DNA of 64,000 nucleotides, taken from assembly GCA_040218735.1 (NCBI GenBank), contig JAVJQW010000049.1, positions 209,016 to 273,015 on the forward strand, given 5' to 3'. The notes below the pieces were generated by a model. The model made no database searches. It saw only the letters and a list, made by a program, of their open reading frames with translations, and was not told the DNA's origin. The translations under genes and the position numbers were made by a program. Of this stretch, positions 56,765 to 64,000 are shown piece by piece (position 1 is the first letter of the stretch; each line of letters starts with the position of its first letter). The stretch comes from Deltaproteobacteria bacterium. Lineage in GTDB: Bacteria; Myxococcota; Kuafuiibacteriia; Kuafuiibacteriales; Kuafuiibacteriaceae.

Positions 56765-59578
56765 CTACCGGCTGACGGTGGAGTTGTCCGCCTGTCGGAT
56801 CGGCGCGACGAGGAGCTCATCGAGGGCCTCCGCCTCCGGACCGTCCCGCGTAGGCGTCGCGTCGAGCGCCGCCGCGGCGCGGACGACCCACGGACCGTCG
56901 ACGCCGAGCTGTTGCGCCTTCGCCACCGCGAGCTCGTAGGCCTCCAGCGCGCGCGCGGCGAGCGCTGCGACCTCCGTCGCGATCTGCGCCCGGTAGATCT
57001 CGACCTGCTCCGCGGTGAGGTTGCGGGGCGGCGGCGCCGCGTCGATCGCGTCGGCCGTCGCCTGGTAGCTGTCGCCGATGCGGGTCAGCGCGGCGATCGC
57101 GTACTCGGCGTCACCGTACTCGAGGATCTCGACGTAGCGCCCGGGGCGCTCACACGTCGTCGCGCTCGGCGAGCACACGAGGCTGCCGAGGAGCTTCATC
57201 TTCTTCCGCAGGCGGCGAACGCTCCGTCCGATCGGCTCGCGCTGGAGCGTCGAGAAGTCACGCTCCGCACGCGCGAACGCAGCGGCCGCCGTGACGCTCC
57301 GAACGAGGGGGTCCGAGCGCGTCGTCGCGTCGAGCTTCGCCCACCGCTTCAGCAGCCCGGCGTGGATCCGCGCCGCGCGCTTCGCTCGCCCCGCGCCTTC
57401 GAGCGCTTCGGCTTCGGCGCCCTTCGCCGCGAGCCGCAGCGCCTCCGGGGCCTCGGGCCACCGCCGCTCGAAGCGCGAGAGGCACTTCGCGGCGGCCTTC
57501 GCAGCGTAGGTCGCGCACAGGTCCAGGTACACGTCGGGGGCGTCCGGCGCATCGGCGTGACGATCGACGTACGCGGTGAACGCGCTGCGCGCCGCTTCGG
57601 TTTCGTCGAGCGCGATGAAGTACCGCCCCGCGTTGAAGAGCGCGTCGGGCGCCTTGGGGTGCTTCGGGTAGTCGTTCGCGAACTGCGCGAACAGCCTCGC
57701 GGCGGTGGCGAAGTCCGCGACCCGCTCGTGCAACTCGGCTTGCAGGAGGAACGCACGGGCGGCGTGCTCGGAGTCCGCGTGGCGCTCCAGCAGGAGGCTC
57801 GCCGTCTCGACCGCGCGCGGCGTGCGCCCGAGGCCGGAGTAGAGGAGGGCGGCGCTCAGGAGCGCCTCGTCGGCGAAGCCGGACCCGGAGTTTTCGTCGG
57901 CGAAGCGCACGAAGTCGTCGGCCACCTCCAGACGAGCGAGCTCCTGCGCGGCGCCCGACAGCGCACCCGCGCGCTCTTCTTTCGCTTGAATGGATTTGTA
58001 GTCTGCCCCCGCGACATCGCGGACGAGAACGTTGTCGGACCGACCGAGCGCGGCGATGAACTGTCGCCCGACGCGCGCCGCGTCGGCCCAGCGCGCCTCG
58101 CCGAGCAGTCGCGACGTCACGCGACGGGCCGCCGTCTTGGCGAGCTCGTGTCGCGGGTGGTCCTTCGCGAGCGCGATGAAGCGTTCGGTCGCGGCGTGGC
58201 GATCGGTGGCGTCGAGCGCCTGCGCGGCGCGGTAGCGGACCTCGGCCACGTCGTCGGCCTCCGGGGCGAGGCGGACGTAGCGGTCACAGGCCTCGACGAG
58301 CCCTTCCCCCGTCTTCTCGTGGGCGAGCACCGCACCCCGAGCGGCGGGTACGACGAAGCGCCCCGAGCCGTCGGCCACGACGTCGTAGGCGCGGGCGGCT
58401 TTCGCGGGATCGCCGAGGATCATCGCGATCTCCGCTCCGTAGAAGCGCGCTTCGTCCGCGTGCGCTTCGAACAGCGCGAGGTGCGCGTCGTAGACCGCTG
58501 CGGCCGCGGCGAGGACCTCATTGCGCTCCGGCTGAATGCCGCGCCGGTGGAGCTCCGTGGCGACGCCGTAGATGGCCTCGCTGGCGTCCGCGGGTGCCTT
58601 CATCCCGGCGAGCTTCTTCGCCTCGGTGACGATCTCCGCGTAGTGCTCGACCTCGAACAGCGAGGCGATCAGCGCCGCGCGGACGTCGGCACGTTCCGGG
58701 TGACGGTCGAGGATCTTCTTGTACGCGGCGACGGCGAGCGGCCACTTGTATTGCTCGTCGAGCAGCCCGGCGTACTGAATCGCTTCGCGCGTCGCCCCGT
58801 GCCGTTCGAAGTACGCGAGCGCGCCGGCGACGTCGTCGACCTGCGCGAAGAACCGGACGAGATCGCGCATGGCCTCGGAGGCGAGGTCGTCCCCCTCCGC
58901 CACCACCTGCTTCAGCTTGTCGATGCCGGCGCCGAACGCCTGCGTGTTGAAGTCACACCACGCCAACTTGTGCAGCGCGACGCGACGGTCGATCCCGGAC
59001 CCCAGCTCGTACGCCCGTTGGTAGGCACGGCGCGCGGGCTCGAGGTCGTTCGCCGTGAAGTAGATCTCGCCCAGTCGCAGATACGCGGCCGGCACGAGCC
59101 GACTCTTCGGGTGACGCCGGACCAGCGTCGCGTAGTGTGCGGCGTCGCTTCGCCCGAGCGCCTCCGCGGTCTGCGCGAGCAGGAACAGCACCTCGTCGTT
59201 CTTCTCGTAGGTCGGGTAGTCGTCGAGGACCCGCTTCGTCAGCGCGGCGATGTTCCGGAGGACGGCGTTCGTTTCGCCCATGAACGCCTCCACCTTCGGT
59301 GCCTCGCCGCGTTGTCCGCCGTCGATCCAGCGTACGTACGCGGTGTCGTGCGCGAACATGGCTTCGGCCTTCAACAGCGCCGCCTTGTTGCTGTAGAGCT
59401 CGGCGAGCCGGAAGATGAGCTCCGGCTTTCGAGCTTCGTCGGCGCCGCTGATGACGGGTGGAAGCGCGCGTATCGCGCGATCCAACGCCGCCGCGGCGTC
59501 CGGGTTGGAGGCCTCCGTGATCGCCGGAGCGGCGACCAGCAGGCCTATGAGGAACGGAAGAGCGTGCGTGCTTTTCAT
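56765..59578 (-). CDS. Exported TPR-repeat protein, gliding-motility (Glt/Nfs)-like
   Basis: Signal peptide; FRLAELY; many TPR helices; C-terminal AALTRIG..APPPRNL..YRAQI..ALEAYELAV motif. Confidence 0.75.
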   Translation of the reverse strand: MKSTHALPFLIGLLVAAPAITEASNPDAAAALDRAIRALPPVISGADEARKPELIFRLAELYSNKAALLKAEAMFAHDTAYVRWIDGGQRGEAPKVEAFMGETNAVLRNIAALTKRVLDDYPTYEKNDEVLFLLAQTAEALGRSDAAHYATLVRRHPKSRLVPAAYLRLGEIYFTANDLEPARRAYQRAYELGSGIDRRVALHKLAWCDFNTQAFGAGIDKLKQVVAEGDDLASEAMRDLVRFFAQVDDVAGALAYFERHGATREAIQYAGLLDEQYKWPLAVAAYKKILDRHPERADVRAALIASLFEVEHYAEIVTEAKKLAGMKAPADASEAIYGVATELHRRGIQPERNEVLAAAAAVYDAHLALFEAHADEARFYGAEIAMILGDPAKAARAYDVVADGSGRFVVPAARGAVLAHEKTGEGLVEACDRYVRLAPEADDVAEVRYRAAQALDATDRHAATERFIALAKDHPRHELAKTAARRVTSRLLGEARWADAARVGRQFIAALGRSDNVLVRDVAGADYKSIQAKEERAGALSGAAQELARLEVADDFVRFADENSGSGFADEALLSAALLYSGLGRTPRAVETASLLLERHADSEHAARAFLLQAELHERVADFATAARLFAQFANDYPKHPKAPDALFNAGRYFIALDETEAARSAFTAYVDRHADAPDAPDVYLDLCATYAAKAAAKCLSRFERRWPEAPEALRLAAKGAEAEALEGAGRAKRAARIHAGLLKRWAKLDATTRSDPLVRSVTAAAAFARAERDFSTLQREPIGRSVRRLRKKMKLLGSLVCSPSATTCERPGRYVEILEYGDAEYAIAALTRIGDSYQATADAIDAAPPPRNLTAEQVEIYRAQIATEVAALAARALEAYELAVAKAQQLGVDGPWVVRAAAALDATPTRDGPEAEALDELLVAPIRQADNSTVSR

Positions 59579-59778
59579 TATCGGATCACCCTGCGGGATG
59601 GCGCGTACCTCGCGGTACGGGACATCTGTCCGAGGGGCGTTCCGAGCGGTGACGAGGTGCGACCGCCCCGCACCGACCGCGGATGTCGGCGTACTGTCCG
59701 CGGACAGTCCGTCCGATCGCGATGACCGCGCGTCGGGTGTCGCGTGGGTTGGAACGCCGGTTGCGATGGCGCCGCCTC

Positions 59779-60438
59779 ATGAGAACCACACTGATGGCGG
59801 CGGTGCTGCTGGCGACGGCCTGCACCGCGCAACGACCCGAACCCCACGAACATGAAGTCAAAGAGACCGCGGCGACGAAGGACGTCGTGACGCACGAAGA
59901 GCTGGAGGAGCTCTGCACGACGGACGACGTCGAAGCGCCGACCGCGCTGTTTCGGTGGGAGGAGCCCACGGACGGGCTGCTCTCGTTCCACTTGATCAAC
60001 CCGTCCGAGAAGCCCGCGACGATGCGCGTGAAGGCCACGCTCGGGCGCACGCAGGTGCTCCTCGACAAGACACTCGCGATCAACGGCGACGACGATCGGC
60101 GCCTGGACCTCAGCCTCCGCGAGCACCTCGAAGCGCTCGGGAAGGCCGCGTTCGCCGAGCAGATCTGGGTCACGGCCGACGTGACCATCGATGACAAGTA
60201 CCTCGGCACGGCCTCCGCGAGCCCCCGGTTCGCGATCGTCGAAGGCGGGCGTCTGTCGATCGTCGACGTCGACACCCTCCGCGCGAAGTACCGCGGCGGT
60301 GACCTCACGGGTCGCTTCTTCGCGGACGTCGAGCCGCACGAGATCGGCGGCGCCTCGTCGGCGTTCGTCGCTACGAAGGCCGACCTCGTCGGCGATCCCA
60401 CGGACAGCGCGATGTTCGAAGCGGAGGTGGTCCGATGA
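59779..60438 (+). CDS. Hypothetical lipoprotein
   Basis: MRTTLMAAVLLATAC lipobox; ATGA overlap with the next gene. Confidence 0.65.
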   Translation: MRTTLMAAVLLATACTAQRPEPHEHEVKETAATKDVVTHEELEELCTTDDVEAPTALFRWEEPTDGLLSFHLINPSEKPATMRVKATLGRTQVLLDKTLAINGDDDRRLDLSLREHLEALGKAAFAEQIWVTADVTIDDKYLGTASASPRFAIVEGGRLSIVDVDTLRAKYRGGDLTGRFFADVEPHEIGGASSAFVATKADLVGDPTDSAMFEAEVVR

Positions 60439-61619
60439 AACGCACGATCTTCTTCGCGGCGCTCGGCGCGCTGCTCTACACGACCAACGCGGAGGCGGTG
60501 GACCACACCGTCTGCCTGCGCATCCCCGTCACGATCGGCGACACGACCGGCCAGGCGAACGACATCGGTACCAGCGGTAACTGGAAGGCACGCGGAATCG
60601 AGATGCGTGTTTTGAATGGATCGACGGCGGCGCAGATCCTCCCGTGGACGTTCGCGAATGCGTCGAGCGGCTGCGTGTCGTTCTGGTCGACGAACAACGG
60701 GCCGTTCAACATCCAGTTCCGGCCGCGCGGGCGCCTCGCGGCGAGCAACGAGCTGGAGGTTCGGAACGACTCGAACAACCTGCCGATCTACTCGGCCGGC
60801 TCGCAGACGTTCCGCTCCGGCGGCACCCACGTCGTGGTCGTGGGGAGCGAGTGGATCCTCCCTCGCATGTACGCGATCCTCGCGTACGCGATTCAGGATG
60901 GCTTCCGCGGGCGATTCGACGACGAGAAGATCGTCGTGCACTGGAACGCGGGCGCGCCGTGTAGCTGCGACAACACCTCCTGCGGCAACTGCGCTTGCAG
61001 CAGCGGCGGGGTCGGGCACATCGCGGTGTGCGACTGGGCGTCGGACAACAAGTTCCTACTCGGGCACGAGTACGGGCACCTGAACCTGAGCCTCGGCGCG
61101 GGCGGCTACACCAACGACTGCGACTACGGGACGAGCTCCCACGGCATGACCACGTTGGAGTTCGACTCGTGCGCGGCGATGGAGGGCTGGGCGCACTTCG
61201 TCTCGGCGGACATCTGGAACGGCGGCGTGCACGCGGGCGGCGATCCGGTCGGCTGGTTCCGCTACTGGGGCCCCTCCGACACCATCAACATGGAGTCGGG
61301 CGGTAGCGGCTGCTCGAACTACCAGCGGCGCTACGCGCACGAGTGTGAGTGCAACGCAGATTGCGCGACGACCAGCACGGAGCTCGACTGGATGCGCATG
61401 TGGTGGGACTACCACACGGACGATTCGCCGGGCGACCCGGGCAGCCCGCCGTCGCACCACCAGCTGCACAGCGAGATCAAGGAGGGCCTCGGCTGGGGCT
61501 CGACGAACGCGTGCTCGAGCATCCGCAACGGCGTCGGCGCGGAGAGTGGATCGGCGCAAGAGGATCGGATCGTCGAGATGCTGTGGTGGAACGGCGCGAA
61601 CACCACGACGTGTAACTGA
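60435..61619 (+). CDS. Secreted Cys-rich zinc metallopeptidase-like protein
   Basis: Signal peptide ending AEA; HEYGH and downstream EGWAHF; 16 Cys. Confidence 0.7.
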   Translation: MKRTIFFAALGALLYTTNAEAVDHTVCLRIPVTIGDTTGQANDIGTSGNWKARGIEMRVLNGSTAAQILPWTFANASSGCVSFWSTNNGPFNIQFRPRGRLAASNELEVRNDSNNLPIYSAGSQTFRSGGTHVVVVGSEWILPRMYAILAYAIQDGFRGRFDDEKIVVHWNAGAPCSCDNTSCGNCACSSGGVGHIAVCDWASDNKFLLGHEYGHLNLSLGAGGYTNDCDYGTSSHGMTTLEFDSCAAMEGWAHFVSADIWNGGVHAGGDPVGWFRYWGPSDTINMESGGSGCSNYQRRYAHECECNADCATTSTELDWMRMWWDYHTDDSPGDPGSPPSHHQLHSEIKEGLGWGSTNACSSIRNGVGAESGSAQEDRIVEMLWWNGANTTTCN

Positions 61620-61724
61620 ACGGCGTCGCCTTCGCCCGCGAGGAGCGCCCTCCCGAGGATCAATCGGGTGCGGAGCGCCTCGCGGGCGTCGACGTGCGCC
61701 CGTCGACTTGGGTAGAGAGGGCGG

Positions 61725-63350
61725 ATGGGCCAGGACCCGAAGCAGCCAGAGCTCATGCTGGTGCACGACGACGAAGGCATCGAGTGGCTCGGCGGGATCG
61801 CTTCGCTCCCCGAGCTCGTTCGCGATGAGGTTCCCTATCACCCATCGGTCCTGATGTGGCTCGGCCCGTCCGATCTGATCCTGGGCTCGGTGATCGACCA
61901 CCCGGATCGGATCTGGGATCGGGTCGTCGAGAGCTTTCGTCAGGCGATCGACGCGCCGCTCGCGGGAGAGCCGGGAGCGCCGAGCCAGGTGCGCGTCGCG
62001 TCGAGGCCGCTCGCTGCGATGCTCCGCGAAGCGTTCCCGGACGTGCGGGTCGTGCGCGCGCCGACGCCCGAGCTCGACGCCGTCTTCGCGGGGATGTTCG
62101 AGCACATGACGGCGCAAACCGCTGAAGAAGTGGAGGCGAGTTATCTCGACGGCGGTCTGGAGGCGGAGCTCATCGAGCGCTTCTTCGAGGTCTCGGCCGC
62201 GCTGTACAGGACGAAGCCGTGGACGGTCGCGCGGGACGAGGACTGCCCGTTCCTCCTGGGCGTCGATGCGCTCGGGATCGAGGACGCGTTCGTCACGGTG
62301 CTCGGCGGACAAGGCGAGGCGTACGGGCTGCTGATCTTCGAAAGCGCCGACGACTTCGACGCGTTCGCCGATGCGGCGAGCGGGGTGATGGCGGGCGGAG
62401 AGCCCGGCCCGCTGCCTCCGTACATGGCACTGAACTTCGAGCGCGGCGCGGACATGCCCAAGTCCCTGCGCGAGGAGATCGCAAGACACGGATGGGGGGT
62501 CGCGGGCGCCAAGGCGTACCCGTGGCTCGCGGTGACCGACGAAGGCGGTTCTCCGGTACCGCCGACGGATGCCGACGTCACGTTGGCGATGGCGGCCGCG
62601 CGGGCGGTGACGGACGCGATGAAGGACCCGGCCGCGCTGCGCGTCGCGTGGGACGGTGGTACGCCGGCTCAGGGGACGCTCGGTCGTCAGGTCGGCGCCC
62701 GAGTGCGCTGGCGCGCGGTGGATCCGGCGGAGCTCTTCGATGAACCGTTCGACCCGCTGCTCGTCCTCGACACCCTCGAAGCGGAGGGCCAGCTCGATTC
62801 TGAGGTGCGCACCGAGGTCGAGATGGCGTTGGTGGCGGCGTTTGCGTCGTCGCCCGAGGCCAAGAAGTGCACGCGTGTAGCCTTCGCCGGGACGTTCATG
62901 GACATCGCCGCGCGGGTCCTCGAACAGACCGTCGTCTCGATGGACGCGGCCACCGTCGCCGAGGTCCTCGAGGAGGGCTTCGCGCGCCACGTCACCGTCC
63001 AGCCCACGGAAGCCGCCGCGATCGTGGCCGAAATGCGCGCGTTCTACCGCTACCTCGGACGGGCGTACGACCTCGAGCAGGCGGACGCCTGCGTGCGCAA
63101 GCTCCAGAGGATGAAGAAGCGGTTGGAGGTGGCCCTCGCCGACACGTCGAAGTACGCACCCTCCAAGGCGGCGGTGATGCGCGGCTTCGCCGCCGGCTAC
63201 GACGTGAGCACCCCCGAGGGAGCCGCCGCCTGGATGGAGAAGATTACGGCGCGGCCATCGAAGGGGAGCCGGTCGCCTTCGAAGAACGCGAAGGCGAAGG
63301 CGAAGAGCAAGCGCAAGGCGAGCCGCAAGGCGCGGAAGAAGGGCCGGTAG
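61725..63350 (+). CDS. Hypothetical protein with basic C-terminal tail
   Basis: 541-aa ORF; LYRTKPW, VTVLGGQGEAYGL; Lys/Arg-rich tail. Confidence 0.7.
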   Translation: MGQDPKQPELMLVHDDEGIEWLGGIASLPELVRDEVPYHPSVLMWLGPSDLILGSVIDHPDRIWDRVVESFRQAIDAPLAGEPGAPSQVRVASRPLAAMLREAFPDVRVVRAPTPELDAVFAGMFEHMTAQTAEEVEASYLDGGLEAELIERFFEVSAALYRTKPWTVARDEDCPFLLGVDALGIEDAFVTVLGGQGEAYGLLIFESADDFDAFADAASGVMAGGEPGPLPPYMALNFERGADMPKSLREEIARHGWGVAGAKAYPWLAVTDEGGSPVPPTDADVTLAMAAARAVTDAMKDPAALRVAWDGGTPAQGTLGRQVGARVRWRAVDPAELFDEPFDPLLVLDTLEAEGQLDSEVRTEVEMALVAAFASSPEAKKCTRVAFAGTFMDIAARVLEQTVVSMDAATVAEVLEEGFARHVTVQPTEAAAIVAEMRAFYRYLGRAYDLEQADACVRKLQRMKKRLEVALADTSKYAPSKAAVMRGFAAGYDVSTPEGAAAWMEKITARPSKGSRSPSKNAKAKAKSKRKASRKARKKGR

Positions 63351-63598
63351 GCTGGCTGTCCCCGAGTCCAGGTTTCTAGTCATCGGTGAATCTAGGCTCA
63401 ATGCCGTTCACTTAGCGGACGGGCCTGGCTCGAACCTCCATCAGGCGGCGAAGGGCGCCTCGACGTAGGGCAGCGCGCCGGCGCCGCGGAGCGACTCGTC
63501 CATCGGCCGCCGTTTCGCCGGGCTGGTGAAGGAGGGGGGCCGTGGACGGCAGTGCTCCGAACGAGGGCCGCGCTCTCGAACGTCGGCTGGTATCGCTC

Positions 63599-64000
63599 TC
63601 ACGAGCTGCCCTCCGCGCGTGCCCGTGGCGTCGGATGCCCTTCAAGCCGAGGACGCTCGTGACACACGTCTTGCCTGGGCTGGGTAGACCGCCGCTCGTG
63701 AATCCTTCGAGCGATGAGGGCGTGACCCAACACCTCCCGCGCCGCGTGAAGGTTGTGCGCGCGACACAGCAAGCGGAGCTCGCCGACTACGCTCCTGGCG
63801 CCCAGCGTACGCCCGCCCACGTGATCGAATTCGAGGTTCGACCGTTCGCTGCATCGCCGACCGTCCGGGCTCACGTACGTGCACTGCGCGCCGTCGCGCT
63901 CGACCACTGCACGCCGCGTTGCCGCCGGGACGTACGCTGCGCCCGCCGGCGCATCCTCGGCGGGTTTCGATCGCGGACGACTCGTCTTTCCGTTCTTCCG
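63599..64000 (-). CDS. HNH endonuclease C-terminal domain (5'-truncated by window edge)
   Basis: YVPAATRRAVVERDGAQCTY..RRC..LEFDH..LRLLCRAHN; frame open to 64000. Confidence 0.8.
   Translation of the reverse strand, partial: RKNGKTSRPRSKPAEDAPAGAAYVPAATRRAVVERDGAQCTYVSPDGRRCSERSNLEFDHVGGRTLGARSVVGELRLLCRAHNLHAAREVLGHALIARRIHERRSTQPRQDVCHERPRLEGHPTPRARAEGSS

Noticed and set aside
59577-59586. ATCCGATAAT motif identical to the one upstream of the 47069-48292 gene
   Set aside because: It overlaps the TPR start codon, so it cannot be the -10 element for that start.

Overview
GC-rich bacterial chromosome segment, very likely Myxococcota (inferred from an MglA-type GTPase, a MYXO-CTERM-like sorting signal, a gliding-motility-type TPR protein and a multi-DsbA protein). 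Positions 1-16.3 kb are mostly housekeeping: pyrD, pyrH-frr-uppS-cdsA-rseP-tsaB, an asd-like gene, truA, plsC and rplM-rpsI, interrupted by two histidine kinases and a CFI-box/beta-barrel fusion. Next come a SpoIID-like gene, an esterase, lipA, a calpain-like protease, dnaK, a 2211-aa repeat surface protein, a triple DsbA and tRNA-Leu(CAA). A minus-strand sulfur-amino-acid region follows (Fe-ADH/HOT, thioesterase, cystathionine beta-synthase, barrel protein, SahR-like regulator, metH), then an accessory region with several fusions. Main finding: the ORF track truncates the gene at 42221-43786. Its reading frame extends to a TTG at 43957 that overlaps the CBS stop codon. The extension encodes a signal peptide followed by Q-TGA-A-S-TGA, and a GGUC-loop hairpin resembling the E. 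coli fdhF SECIS lies just downstream. This predicts an exported UxxU (double selenocysteine) beta-barrel protein with a His-rich linker and a C-terminal WCAPC thioredoxin domain. All family assignments come from motif recognition by eye; no database search was run.
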